Below, in pieces: positions 50,679 through 61,028 of a stretch of 64,000 nucleotides of DNA (position 1 is its first letter; every line of letters begins with the position of its first letter). Position numbers and translations under genes: made by a program. A model generated the notes under the pieces. It had not been told where the DNA came from and searched no databases. It was given only the letters and a program-made list of their open reading frames with translations. The stretch is from Bacillota bacterium (lineage in GTDB: Bacteria > Bacillota > Sulfobacillia > Sulfobacillales > Sulfobacillaceae), in the NCBI GenBank assembly GCA_021797825.1, contig JAJZZA010000005.1:3765-67764 (forward strand), given 5' to 3'.

Positions 50679-51103
50679 CGCTCGGACGGGAACAGCGGCT
50701 CCATGGGGAAGGCTGCGAGCCGGTCCCGCCAAGCCGCGGGCAAGGGTTCCGGACGCTGGGCCTGGTAGTTAAAGTGCACCAGCACGGCCCGCGCCCGCAC
50801 CACCAGTTCTCCCGAGGTCTCGTGCACAATCTGGTGATCGATATCGAAACTGGAATGGCCGAGACGGGAGACGCCGCTCTGGATGAGCAAGCTGTCGCGG
50901 TAAAAGGCCTGGCGCACATAATCGAGGCGGGCCGACGCCACGATAAACGGGACACCGGCAACGTCGAGCGCGTCGCGGACAAAATCCAGCCGCGCCTGCT
51001 CGAGATAGGTCAGGTAGACGGCATTGTTGACGTGGCCCGCCAAATCGGTTTCACCATACCGCACGCGAATCCGAGTTTCGTATGTTGGTCGCAAATAAGA
51101 CAC
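50675..51103 (-). CDS. acyl-CoA thioesterase, 4HBT/YbgC family
   Basis: The sequence is YETRIRVRYGETDLAGHVNNAVYLTYLEQARLDF. The start is GTG 51103 or TTG 51094, because GGAGGTG overlaps the former. Confidence 0.85.
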   Translation of the reverse strand: MSYLRPTYETRIRVRYGETDLAGHVNNAVYLTYLEQARLDFVRDALDVAGVPFIVASARLDYVRQAFYRDSLLIQSGVSRLGHSSFDIDHQIVHETSGELVVRARAVLVHFNYQAQRPEPLPAAWRDRLAAFPMEPLFPSER

Positions 51104-51163
51104 CTCCGTGGTCTACCCGAGTATACCATGGGGGGACCAAGCGCGGGGCGCGCAGCCCAGGCC

Positions 51164-54100
51164 TCATTCGGTGGAGATGTCGGGGTCGGTCTGAGCGGCT
51201 TGCGGCACCACTTTGACAAAGTGCTTGACCGGGTTGTTGGCCAAAATCTCCAGCGCCGCGATGCGATCGTCCTGTCCCGACGAGCCATAGGCTTCCACTA
51301 CATGCGCGAGCAAGGTTTGGACTGCGGCAATATCATCGGGGTTGAGTGCGGTAAATGCCACCTTGGCTGCGCGCGCCAGCCGGCTCGCGAGGAATTCGCG
51401 GGTCAGGCCGAGTTCCGGGGCCACCCGCAGGTAGACCGTGCCTCCGGTCATGCCGGAAGCCAGCCAGGGGCCGGGGTCGCCCAAGACCAGACCGCGCCCG
51501 CGGGTCATGTATTCGAAGCCGAAGCCTTTGATGGCGGCGCTGTCCCAGAGGGTCCGGGCTTGGCTGGGCGGGGTGACGCCATCGGCCAGGATGACCACAT
51601 CCGCCCCGGCCAGCCGGATGCCGGCGCGCGCGTCGGCGCCGCCCTGCACGATGAACGTGCCCCCCTGCGCACCGTATGCCAAACTCTTGCCGACGTGTCC
51701 CCCGTAATGCGCGCCGTTGGCGCCACGCCCCTTTAAGACGGCGATGGTGCCGCCGGAGGCGCCTTTAGCGACCCCGTCCTGCGCACCGCCGTGGGCCACC
51801 AGCGCCACCCCGTCGCTCAAGAAAGCCCCAAAGCCCTGGCCAGCCACGTCGCGCACCGGATTGACCACTGCCGTCGGACGTTCGGAACGGCGTATGCGTT
51901 GCCCGGAAATGCCGGTGCCGATGGTCCGGGTGCGCGGTTTGGACCATCGCGCGAACGCGTCCGGCAGCCGCCCGACTTCGCCCACCGCCTGCACGGCCTG
52001 GCTGGCCAACTCGTGGGAGATGGCGGCCGTCAGTTGTTGCAGGAAATCCTCATAACCGGCGAGCCCTTGAAACCGTTCCTGAATCAGCAAATGCGCTTGG
52101 CCCACCGCGTCGCTCAGCCGTTGAAACCCGAGCTGCTGCAGATTTTCCGTCAAACCCTCCGCCAGCCCGCGGAAAAATCGCACCAGGTGCTCCACCGCCT
52201 CGGCGGAGTCCTGCAGCCTAAAGTGCTTTAATCCGCGTTCTTGGGCTTCTTCCAGACTTTCGATCTGGGTGGTGATGCCGACGTGGCAGGTGTCGGACTG
52301 GCAACTGCGGCAAATGGTGCAGCCGAGCGCCACCATCGCCATGGTGGCGAATCCCACGCGATCGGCCCCCAGCAAGACCATGCGCATCACATCGTCGGCG
52401 CTGCGGAGCCCGCCATCCGCCCAAATCTCCACCCGCTCGCGCAAACCCGCCAGGGTCAGCGCGGCGTGGGTCAGCGGCACGCCGATGTCGGCGGGCAGTC
52501 CCACATGGCGCAGCGCATGCATCCGGGCGGCTCCGGTGCCTCCCTCGAATCCGCTCAAGTTGATGGCGTCGGCCCCGGCCTTGACGATCCCGACCGCAAT
52601 AGTGCCGATGTTAGGCACCACGGGGACCTTGACCACCACCCGCAGATCGGGATTGGCCTGTTTCAACTCGTCAATCAGCTGCTTTAAATCCTCAATCGAA
52701 TAGAGGTCGTGGTTGTTGCTGGGGGAGATCAAATCCACCCCCGGCACCGCGCTGCGGGCGTTGGCCACTTTGGCGGAGACCTTTTTTCCCGGCAAATGGC
52801 CGCCTTCGCCCGGTTTAGCGCCCTGGCCAATCTTGATTTCGGCATAGCGGGCGCCGTTTAAAAGACGCGTGTTGACCCCGAAGCGGCCGGAGGCCACCTG
52901 ATGCCCGCGCCATTCGTAATAGCGGCCAATCATGTCGGGAATCTCGCCGCCCTCCCCGTTCATGGAGAGCATGTTCAGCGCCTTGGCGGCCTCGGCGTAA
53001 GCCCGAAAAGCGGTTTCGCCCTGGGAGCCGAAGGACATCGACGAAATCACAAACGGCAAGTCGTGGTCGCCCACCGCCAGCGAAACCGGCAGCCGTTCGG
53101 CCTGCGGCTTGCCGCGAAAGCCGAGGGTATGGCGCAAGGCGATAGGATGTTTTTGCTCGACCGCGCGCGCGTGCGCCAGGTACTCCAGGCCGCTCAATTG
53201 GCCTTGCGCCATCTTGATCGCCCACTTGTAAATATACGGGGTCGCGTGCGAAACCGCCTTCGGTTTGACCTTTTCGCCCAGCTGCGCCAGGCGCAGGGCG
53301 ATGACGGTACGCCGGTGCGCCACCCAGTTCTCGTAGTCCGGAGCGGCGAACGAGATGACGCCCAGCACGTCCGCGATCTCGCGGGGCAGGCCAATGGCGG
53401 AGAAGACGTGGCCATAGCCCTGCAGTTCGTGGATTCCCATAGTCGACAAAATTTTCTCCAGTCCGCCGTTCATGACCGCGAGGGTGCTTTCCATCCGGTC
53501 GGGCGCCACCTGGCTCCAGATGAGATAGGGCACTAGCGCGTCCGCGCCTAGTCCGATCAGGATCATGGCGTCGTGCAGGTGGCGGATCATGCCGCTCCGT
53601 AAGACTATGCCGGCCCGCCGGCGCAGGCCCGCTTGGCGCAAGGCGCCATCCACCGCGCCGGTCGCCAGCGCCGGGTCCAGGCTGACCGAGAGACCCGCCT
53701 GATAGGCGTCGCGATCATCCAACACCAGCAGGCGGCATCCCGCTTGGACCAGCCGCACGGCGTCTGCGGCCAGAGCTCGGGCGGCCGATAACTCATCCGC
53801 GGCGGCCGCCAGTCGCATCGGCAGGGTGGCCGCGTTCCGGCCGAAGTGCGCGACCGCTTGCTCCGCCCCTGCCTCCGTCAGCCACGGGGAGTCGAGCCAC
53901 AACGAGGCAGCTCCGGCGATGCTCCGGCCGAGGTCGGGGCGCCCCCCCAGCAGCATGCGTAAGCGAAAATGCTCGCTTTCGCGTTCGCGGTCCAAGGCCG
54001 GGTTGGTGACCACCGCCACCGTCTCCTGCAGGAAGTCGCTGAGGGTGGTGATGCCGTCGTTAAACGGCCCCAGTGGACCGTCGTAGCCCAGTGAGCCGAT

Positions 54101-55450
54101 GGGTTCGTGGCCGTCCAGGGCTAACGTTTTGATCATGGCCTGGTCGTCGCGATGCCAACCGTCAGCCACGAGTTGCCAGTCGGGATAGACGGTGTGAGGG
54201 TTTTCCAGGGCAGGGGAGAACACCCGCAGCCCGGCGTCGCGGGGAACCCGGCGGGCGAGGCGGGCGGTAATCGCGTCGGAATGAACCACGCGGGCTTCGC
54301 CGCCCTCCTCCCATTCGATGGCAATGATCTCGCCGGGCCCAATGTTGTGCGGCTCGGCCACCCATTCCCCGATGGGCACCACGCCGGGCTCGGACGACAG
54401 CACATATTGGGTTTCGGTCTCAAGCAGCCATAACGGGCGCAGGCCCAGGGCGTCCACCCCGGCTACCACGCTCCGGCCGAGACGATGGACGATGGCCGCG
54501 GGACCTTCCCGCAATGGTCCCCAAAAGGCCTGCAAGGCATCCCACACCGCTTTCTCCGCGGCGGGCAGGCGATTTAGGATGGCGGGCGACGGACTGATGG
54601 CCAGCCGCCCGGCTTCGGCATGGGTCAGCCCAAACTGCCAGACCAGCGCGGTCAACAGGCGGTCAAGGTTCTGCGAGTCGCTGCCTTGAGGAATCGGTTC
54701 GATGGCTAACGCGGTCAGCTCACGCTGCAACCGGTCGATGGTATTGACCTCGCCGTTGTGGGCCAGACCTAAAAATGGCTGGACCCGGGCCAAGTCGGTC
54801 AGGGTGTTGGTGGAGAACCGGTTGTGGCCGATCACCGCGCGGGGCAAAAACTCGTGGCCGCCCCATTCCGTCTCGATGAGGTGGTGAAGAGTTGCCGGAC
54901 TCGCGGTCATTTTCACAATGGCCTGATGATTGCTAAAAGACGCCAGCCGTCCCGGGAACGCCCTCTCCAGCGCCTGCAACGCCTGCCACGCGTCGGACGT
55001 CCAGCCGTCCGCGGAGCGCGTGTAAAGCAGAGCGTGGGCATCCAAAGCGTTCTGGCCCTCGGTCAGTTCGACGTGCGCCATGACTCGCTGAAATCCAAAA
55101 GGGGTCAAAATCTGCGCGATGCGGTTGCGCGCCTCGCGTCGTTCCGACATGGGAGTTACCAGGGTCAAAATCCAAAAGTCCGGGCCATAGGCCGAACCGC
55201 CATGACCCGCCTCCTCAAGGCGGCGTTGCCAGACGGCACGGGGGATGTCGGTCAAAAGCCCGGTGCCGTCGGTGCGTTCGTCGACCCAGCCGGCCCGGTG
55301 ATCCATGAAGTCGAGCGCCCGCAAGCCGGTCACCCAGACCGGGGTGTCATGGGGGGCGGCTGGCCGCTTGGACACGGCGGCGTAGATGGCGCATGCGTCG
55401 TGCTCCCGCCCGATATATTGCTGGATGAAGTGTGCGTGTTGATTTTCCAT
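51164..55450 (-). CDS. gltB: glutamate synthase large-subunit-like protein (amidotransferase, central, FMN and GXGXG domains)
   Basis: 1428 aa. REHDACAIYAAV matches the EHDAC(G) propeptide/Ntn-Cys context of GltB/GltA. The FMN domain shows ISSMSFGSQGE and KIGQGAKPGEGGHLPG. The C-terminal part is a GXGXG-type repeat region (GHVGKSLAYGAQGGTFIVQGGADARAGIRLAGADVVI). GAGGGGG lies 6 nt before the ATG. Confidence 0.85.
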   Translation of the reverse strand: MENQHAHFIQQYIGREHDACAIYAAVSKRPAAPHDTPVWVTGLRALDFMDHRAGWVDERTDGTGLLTDIPRAVWQRRLEEAGHGGSAYGPDFWILTLVTPMSERREARNRIAQILTPFGFQRVMAHVELTEGQNALDAHALLYTRSADGWTSDAWQALQALERAFPGRLASFSNHQAIVKMTASPATLHHLIETEWGGHEFLPRAVIGHNRFSTNTLTDLARVQPFLGLAHNGEVNTIDRLQRELTALAIEPIPQGSDSQNLDRLLTALVWQFGLTHAEAGRLAISPSPAILNRLPAAEKAVWDALQAFWGPLREGPAAIVHRLGRSVVAGVDALGLRPLWLLETETQYVLSSEPGVVPIGEWVAEPHNIGPGEIIAIEWEEGGEARVVHSDAITARLARRVPRDAGLRVFSPALENPHTVYPDWQLVADGWHRDDQAMIKTLALDGHEPIGSLGYDGPLGPFNDGITTLSDFLQETVAVVTNPALDRERESEHFRLRMLLGGRPDLGRSIAGAASLWLDSPWLTEAGAEQAVAHFGRNAATLPMRLAAAADELSAARALAADAVRLVQAGCRLLVLDDRDAYQAGLSVSLDPALATGAVDGALRQAGLRRRAGIVLRSGMIRHLHDAMILIGLGADALVPYLIWSQVAPDRMESTLAVMNGGLEKILSTMGIHELQGYGHVFSAIGLPREIADVLGVISFAAPDYENWVAHRRTVIALRLAQLGEKVKPKAVSHATPYIYKWAIKMAQGQLSGLEYLAHARAVEQKHPIALRHTLGFRGKPQAERLPVSLAVGDHDLPFVISSMSFGSQGETAFRAYAEAAKALNMLSMNGEGGEIPDMIGRYYEWRGHQVASGRFGVNTRLLNGARYAEIKIGQGAKPGEGGHLPGKKVSAKVANARSAVPGVDLISPSNNHDLYSIEDLKQLIDELKQANPDLRVVVKVPVVPNIGTIAVGIVKAGADAINLSGFEGGTGAARMHALRHVGLPADIGVPLTHAALTLAGLRERVEIWADGGLRSADDVMRMVLLGADRVGFATMAMVALGCTICRSCQSDTCHVGITTQIESLEEAQERGLKHFRLQDSAEAVEHLVRFFRGLAEGLTENLQQLGFQRLSDAVGQAHLLIQERFQGLAGYEDFLQQLTAAISHELASQAVQAVGEVGRLPDAFARWSKPRTRTIGTGISGQRIRRSERPTAVVNPVRDVAGQGFGAFLSDGVALVAHGGAQDGVAKGASGGTIAVLKGRGANGAHYGGHVGKSLAYGAQGGTFIVQGGADARAGIRLAGADVVILADGVTPPSQARTLWDSAAIKGFGFEYMTRGRGLVLGDPGPWLASGMTGGTVYLRVAPELGLTREFLASRLARAAKVAFTALNPDDIAAVQTLLAHVVEAYGSSGQDDRIAALEILANNPVKHFVKVVPQAAQTDPDISTE

Positions 55451-55841
55451 CGGCGACCCCCTCGAGAAATGTGAATGGTTTCACGAAAACCCGTATACTT
55501 ATGCATTACCCTAGCCAATTTCTTGTATGCAGGCGACAAACGGGACGAAAACGGCTCCCTGCAGGGAACAAAATAAGCAGTCGCAAGGATAACAGGACCT
55601 TACGCCGAGTACGCCCGCACACCACAAAACCGGTATGCAGGGATAGAAAGACATTTGATATCACTATACGGCACTTGGTATGAAGTTTCAATACTGCCGT
55701 CGGTTCCTTCCATACGGGGTTGGGCGCGTGTCAGCCCTGCTCCGCTGTATGAATATGCGGCAAACCTCCGCGGCGAGTTGACCCGCGGCCCTGCCGAAAT
55801 ATGCGGTAAAATGGCTTTAACCCTGAGTGGTGGAGGACATA

Positions 55842-56903
55842 GTGCGGATCCTGGAACTGATTACGGGCGGGGAACCCGGAGGGGCGCAGCGCCACCTGGT
55901 GGCTCTGACCCAATACTTGGCGGCGGCGGGCGAAGAGATGACGGTGGTGCACGGGGGCGGGTCGTGGGTCGCCAGCAGGCTGGCCGGGTGCGCGCGCATC
56001 GTGCGGCTGCCGGATTTGGTGCGCGCTGTGCGTCCGGGGAAGGACTGGCGGGCGGCCCGCCAGTTGCGCCGGATGCTGCTTGGGGATCCTCCCGACCTGA
56101 TCCATTGCCACAGTTCCAAAGCCGGGGTGGTCGGGCGCTGGGTTGCCGGCCGCCTCGGCATTCCGGCGGTGTACACGGCGCATGGCTATGTGTTTCAAGA
56201 TCCCACCCGGGCGGGCTGGGAGCGGCGTCTTTATCGCCGGCTGGAGGCTTGGGGAGCCCGGCATGCGGCGGCGGTGATTGCCTTGACCGAGGCGGATGCG
56301 GCATTTGCCGCGGGCGCCGGGGCCAAGCCGCGCACCTACTATATCCCCAACGGGGTGCCGATTCCGCCCGCGCCCCGAAGGCGCCGGCCGGGTCCCCCGA
56401 CGGTCGGGTTTCTGGGGCGTTTTTCCCGCGAGAAGGGTCTGGACACGCTGCTGCCGCTGGCGCGGCGGGAGACGCAGTGGCGGTGGCTGTTGGCCGGATC
56501 GGGTCCGCAGGAGGAGATGGTGCGGGCGGCGGCGGCGGCCGCGCACATCACCTGGCTGGGCTGGATCGAAGAACGGGATCCGGATTTTTGGGAGGCGATT
56601 GATCTGTTGGTGCAGCCCTCTTGGAAAGAGGGTGCGCCCTATACCGTGCTGGACGCCATGGCGGCGGGGGTGCCGGTGGTGGCGACCCGGGTGGGCGCCC
56701 TGTCCTCCATGCTAGGGGCCGTCGACCCGGCGCTGTTGGTGGAGCCGGGCGACGGCGCCGGCTTAAAGCGGGCCATCAATTTCGCCTGGACGCACCGGGA
56801 GCGGCTGGGCCGGGCGTGCCACCAGGAGGCGCGGGCGCGATTTGATATTCAAGACCAGCATCGGACAACCCACGCGGTCCTCTTGGAAGCGGCGCGACGA
56901 TGA
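55842..56903 (+). CDS. family 4 (GT-B) glycosyltransferase
   Basis: GTG 55842 (GGAGGA 5 nt upstream) gives (M)RILELITGGEPGGAQRHLVAL. KEGAPYTVLDAMAAGVPVVATRVG is also present. Confidence 0.85.
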   Translation: MRILELITGGEPGGAQRHLVALTQYLAAAGEEMTVVHGGGSWVASRLAGCARIVRLPDLVRAVRPGKDWRAARQLRRMLLGDPPDLIHCHSSKAGVVGRWVAGRLGIPAVYTAHGYVFQDPTRAGWERRLYRRLEAWGARHAAAVIALTEADAAFAAGAGAKPRTYYIPNGVPIPPAPRRRRPGPPTVGFLGRFSREKGLDTLLPLARRETQWRWLLAGSGPQEEMVRAAAAAAHITWLGWIEERDPDFWEAIDLLVQPSWKEGAPYTVLDAMAAGVPVVATRVGALSSMLGAVDPALLVEPGDGAGLKRAINFAWTHRERLGRACHQEARARFDIQDQHRTTHAVLLEAARR

Positions 56904-57940
56904 CCGTGCTGATTGTCTCGGCGGTCGATCCGGCGGGACCGCCGCAAGGCGATCGCAACCGGCTGATGGGTGCTGTGCGGGCCGTCGAGCGGCTCGGCGG
57001 AGCGGTGACGGTGGCGGTTGCCGGCCAGCATCCCGGGCTGGTTCGCGCAGCCTGGCCGATCCGCCTGGGCGGTGCCTGGCGCTCGCCTTACATGCTTCGC
57101 TCCGGGTGGCATTGGGCGGGTTCGGCGGTGGACGGGGTCATCGCCTTTCAACTGCGGATGGCGCCGGTGGCGCTGCGGGTGCCGGCGGCCTGGCGGGTGC
57201 TGGATCTGACCGACAGCCTGGATTGGTACCGGCGGGGTTTGGGTTGGCGGCCGGGGGCCTGGATGAAACAGGCGACGCTTTGGGGCGTGGGGGCGGAAGA
57301 ACGCCGCTGGGCGCCCCGATTTGACCAGGTGTGGGTGTCGGCCGCGCCCGACCAGAAATGGCTGGCTGGGCGCGGGGTCGCTGCGCTGGTAGTGGAAAAC
57401 GGGGTTGCCGAGTGCCGCCGTCTGCCGCCCGGGGATCCCCGCCACCTGCTGTTGGTGGGCAACTTTGCCTATCTGCCCAACCGGCAGGGATTGTCGCATA
57501 TGCTGGCCCTGTGGCCGGGGCTGGCAGCCGCGGGCTATCGCCTGACGGTGGTCGGCGAGGGCAGTCAGGGCCTCTTCGGGCCGGGGCTGAGGGGCCAGGG
57601 ACGGGTCCCCGATTTGCTGCCGTATTACCAGGCCGCCGGCATCGCGGTCAGCCCGGTGCGGTGGGGGGCGGGGAGTCCCAACAAGGTGCTGGAAGCGTTG
57701 GGTTTTGCCCGTCCGGTGGTGGCCGACCCGGGCGGCGTGGGCGGGCTGACGGAACGGCAACGGGCGGCCGTGGAGGTGGCGCGGACGCCGGGGGAGTGGC
57801 TAAGTGCCTTGGAGCGGTTGCAAGATCCCGCCTGCTACCGGCAGAAAGCCTGGCAGGGAAGCCAGGCGGTGGAGCTTTGGGGAGAGGCGGCGGGACGCGC
57901 CCTGGGGTGCTTGCCGGTTGGCTGGGACGATCCGCCGTGA
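56900..57940 (+). CDS. GT-B fold glycosyltransferase (GT4-like, divergent)
   Basis: ATG 56900 overlaps the upstream stop (ATGA). The sequence shows LLLVGNFAYLPNRQGL ... GSPNKVLEALGFARPVVADPGG. Confidence 0.7.
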   Translation: MTVLIVSAVDPAGPPQGDRNRLMGAVRAVERLGGAVTVAVAGQHPGLVRAAWPIRLGGAWRSPYMLRSGWHWAGSAVDGVIAFQLRMAPVALRVPAAWRVLDLTDSLDWYRRGLGWRPGAWMKQATLWGVGAEERRWAPRFDQVWVSAAPDQKWLAGRGVAALVVENGVAECRRLPPGDPRHLLLVGNFAYLPNRQGLSHMLALWPGLAAAGYRLTVVGEGSQGLFGPGLRGQGRVPDLLPYYQAAGIAVSPVRWGAGSPNKVLEALGFARPVVADPGGVGGLTERQRAAVEVARTPGEWLSALERLQDPACYRQKAWQGSQAVELWGEAAGRALGCLPVGWDDPP

Positions 57941-57956
57941 CCGGGTTGCCCGGCGG

Positions 57957-58883
57957 TTAGCAACCCTGTTTTAAACCGAGGTTGTCAGGTAGCAGGGCGG
58001 CTCCGGCCAGAGCGGGGGAGGCCAGGTGAATCCTCGCGGAGAGATCCGGAATGGTCAGGATGGCCGCTTCAATGGCGGCAGCCACCAAAACCGCCTCCTC
58101 CGGAGCGGCCAGCGCGAGGATGGTGGGTCCCGATCCGGAGAGGGTGGCGATGACGGCGCCGGCGGCTAAGGCGGCCTCGATAATCGCGTCCATGCCGTGG
58201 ACCAGGGCCCGGCGATACGGTTGGTGCAAGCGGTCCTGGCCGGCGATCTTCAAAAGCCCCCAGTCGCGCCGCCACAACGCGTCAATCCAAAGACCCAGGC
58301 GCTGCGCGTTAAAGACCGCGTCGTGCCGGGAGACGCGCTCGGGCAAGAGGGCCCGCGCGGTGCTGGTCGACACCTCGTACTGCGGAATTACCAGCACCGT
58401 GGTCAGTTCGGGCGGCCGGTAGCGGTGGACTTCTACCCGCGCCCCGTTTTGCCAGGCCATGACCAAACCGCCGTAGACCGCGGCGGCGACATTGTCGGGG
58501 TGCCCCTCAATCGCAACCGCCCATTGCAACAGGTCATCGACCCCGAGGGGATGTTCCAAACAGGCGTTGGCCAGCGTCAGTCCGGCCACCACGGCGGCGG
58601 CGCTCGAACCCAGGCCGCGACCCAAAGGGATTTGGCTGGACACGATGAGATGGCCGCGCGGCATCGGCTGGTGCGCTACGGCCCGGTGCAAGGACTCCGC
58701 GCTTTGCCAAATCAAGTTGGTTTCGTCCAGGCTGACTTGGCCGCGGCCTTCGCCGTGGACTTCGATGTCGAGCGCACGGGCGGGGGTAAACCAGCATTCC
58801 AGCCACAATTCCAGGGCCATGCCTAACGTGTCGAGGCCCGAGCCGAGATTAGCGCTGCTGGCGGGGACCTTAATGTGCCACAT
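57957..58883 (-). CDS. thrB: homoserine kinase
   Basis: The sequence starts MWHIKVPASSANLGSGLDTLGMAL. The GHMP motif is IPLGRGLGSSAAAVVAG. Confidence 0.9.
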   Translation of the reverse strand: MWHIKVPASSANLGSGLDTLGMALELWLECWFTPARALDIEVHGEGRGQVSLDETNLIWQSAESLHRAVAHQPMPRGHLIVSSQIPLGRGLGSSAAAVVAGLTLANACLEHPLGVDDLLQWAVAIEGHPDNVAAAVYGGLVMAWQNGARVEVHRYRPPELTTVLVIPQYEVSTSTARALLPERVSRHDAVFNAQRLGLWIDALWRRDWGLLKIAGQDRLHQPYRRALVHGMDAIIEAALAAGAVIATLSGSGPTILALAAPEEAVLVAAAIEAAILTIPDLSARIHLASPALAGAALLPDNLGLKQGC

Positions 58884-58913
58884 GGTCGCGCGGTCAACTC
58901 CCTTTGACGTGGT

Positions 58914-59942
58914 TCAGGCGTGCTGCAAGGCGTTTAGGATGGTGGCGCTGATGCTGTCGGGACGGGTCAGCACCGGATTCAGCGAAGTCCAGCGCAACGG
59001 GGTGTCGGTGTCTTTGAGTCCCGATCCGGTCAGCACCAGGGCGACGTCGCCGGCCGGCAGGCGTTGCTCCGCGCGGAGCTTAAGGGCGCCCGCGTAGGCG
59101 GCGGCGGAAGCCGGTTCGACAAAGACTCCGCCCTGGGCCAGTTGCGCTTGGGCCGCCAGAATGGCGGCGTCGTCGACCGCAGTGAAAAAACCGTCGGAGG
59201 CGGCCACCGCCTCCCGGGCGAGCTCCGCGCTAGCGGGGCGCCCAATCCGGATGGCCGACGCCACCGTTTGCGGTTTGGCGATGAAGGCGCCTTGCACCAT
59301 CGGATCGGCGCCCAGCGCCTGAATGCCGAATAGGCGGGGAATCCCGCGTCCAACCCGCCGGAATCCATGGAAATAGGCGGAAATGTTGCCCGCGTTGCCT
59401 ACCGGCAGGATAAGCGCGGCCGGTGGGCCGGCAAGCGCCTGCACGATTTCATAGGCTCCGGTTTCCTGACCCCGAAGCCGCCAGGGGTTGACCGAGTTGA
59501 CCAGCGCCAGCCACTCGCTGTGCTCGTCGGCCGTGTGCCGGACGACATCCAAGGCCACGTCGAAGTTGCCTTCGACCTCCAGCACCTGCGCGCCATGGGC
59601 GGCGGCCTGCAACATTTTTTGCACGGAAATCTGGCCTTTGGGAACCACCACAAAGGCCATCAACCCGGCGCGGCCGGCGTAGGCGGCGGCGGAGGCGGCG
59701 GTGTTGCCGGTCGAGGCGCAAATCACCGCCCGTGCCCCCGCGTGCCGGGCAACGCTGACCGCCACCGTCATACCGCGGTCCTTAAACGACCCGGTGGGAT
59801 TGCACCCCTCCAGTTTCAGCCAGACCCGGGTGCCCTGCCAAGTATCCCACAGAATAAAGGGGGTGTGGCCTTCCCCCAAGGTCACCGGAGCCAAGTCGGG
59901 AAGATCGAGCCACTGCCGATACCGTTCGATAAGGCCTGACAC
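58914..59942 (-). CDS. thrC: threonine synthase
   Basis: The sequence shows TLGEGHTPFI ... KLEGCNPTGSFKDRGMTVAVS (PLP Lys) ... ICASTGNTAASAAAYA ... PVGNAGNI. GTG start with GAGGTGG 4 nt upstream. Confidence 0.9.
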   Translation of the reverse strand: MSGLIERYRQWLDLPDLAPVTLGEGHTPFILWDTWQGTRVWLKLEGCNPTGSFKDRGMTVAVSVARHAGARAVICASTGNTAASAAAYAGRAGLMAFVVVPKGQISVQKMLQAAAHGAQVLEVEGNFDVALDVVRHTADEHSEWLALVNSVNPWRLRGQETGAYEIVQALAGPPAALILPVGNAGNISAYFHGFRRVGRGIPRLFGIQALGADPMVQGAFIAKPQTVASAIRIGRPASAELAREAVAASDGFFTAVDDAAILAAQAQLAQGGVFVEPASAAAYAGALKLRAEQRLPAGDVALVLTGSGLKDTDTPLRWTSLNPVLTRPDSISATILNALQHA

Positions 59943-60043
59943 TGAACCACCTCGTCTTATTATCGCGCTAATTGAGCAAATGGTACCACAATTTGACGGG
60001 CGCGGGGCGTCGCGCCGGCAATTTCGTTCGGCCTGCCGCGAGC

Positions 60044-60787
60044 CTAAGCCAAGAGCTGGCCCATTGCCTCGGGCGTCAGCTTAAGGCCGAGGTAAAATGG
60101 GCCGAAGTCGGCGAACCGCGCGCTGACCTCATCGAAGCGCATTTCATAGACCAGTTTTTTAATCGCCACCAGATCGTCGGCGAACAGGGTCACGCCCCAC
60201 TCCCAGTCATCGAGTCCTTGCGACCCGGTTATCACCTGAATCACCCGGTCGTGATAGCGCTGGCCGATCAGGCCATGGCTTTTCATCATGTCGCGGCGTT
60301 GCTCGCGCGGCAGCATATACCAGTTGTCGGCTCCGGCACGCCGTTTGTTCATGGGATAAAAACAGACCGTGCGCCACGGCGGCACCGCGGGTTGCAGCCG
60401 TGATTTGAGATAAGGGTTGGCGTCGGGATTTGGTTCGCCCCGCGCCAGATACTTGCTGAGCTCGACCACTGAGAAATAGGAATAGGCGCGGGTAAGCAGC
60501 GCGCCGGCGGGCGACCGGTCGAGCTCCGATTCGATGGCCGCCAATTCGCCCGGATCGGCGCGGAAGTTTAGCAGCAACAAATCCGCCTTGTGTCCCAACA
60601 CCTGATAGATCCCGTAGCTGCCGCGGTCCCCGGCCGCCTGCCGCGACCAACCGGCGGCCAGATCCAGCAACGCGCTGCGGGCCTGCTGCCGCGCGCGGGC
60701 GTCGAGGCTTTGCCAGTGCGCCCAGTCGATCCGGCGAAAATCATGCAGCGCGTACCAGCCTTCCAATGTTTCCACCGCTTCACTCAC
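60044..60787 (-). CDS. hemQ: chlorite dismutase-family coproheme decarboxylase (HemQ/ChdC)
   Basis: The sequence shows LEGWYALHDFRRIDW ... YFSVVELSKY ... VCFYPMNKRR ... NWYML ... FDEVSARFADFGPFYLG. GTG start. Confidence 0.85.
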   Translation of the reverse strand: MSEAVETLEGWYALHDFRRIDWAHWQSLDARARQQARSALLDLAAGWSRQAAGDRGSYGIYQVLGHKADLLLLNFRADPGELAAIESELDRSPAGALLTRAYSYFSVVELSKYLARGEPNPDANPYLKSRLQPAVPPWRTVCFYPMNKRRAGADNWYMLPREQRRDMMKSHGLIGQRYHDRVIQVITGSQGLDDWEWGVTLFADDLVAIKKLVYEMRFDEVSARFADFGPFYLGLKLTPEAMGQLLA

Positions 60788-61028
60788 CCGTTGTCACCTC
60801 GCCAACCCGGGGGCCTTAAGCTCCCAAAATTGTGGTCAGTATAGCACACCGCGAGACGGATGGGCCGATCGTAAGCGGGCTGTCGGCGAAGAGGGTCTTG
60901 GCGATGGCCTCGCTTGCGCGCCACGGTTGCGGGCGCCGCCCGGATTGGGCGAGAGGACGCCGCCCAGGCGGGTAAAAAAGGTTTATTCCCTGGCAAGAGC
61001 CTGCTAATCTGTGGTCAGGAGGTGTTTT

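Noticed and set aside
55655-56602. 315-aa plus-strand ORF overlapping the GT4 gene in another frame
   Set aside because: The Gly/Arg/Ala-rich translation has no motifs. The alternative frame gives a canonical GT4 with an SD-supported start at 55842.
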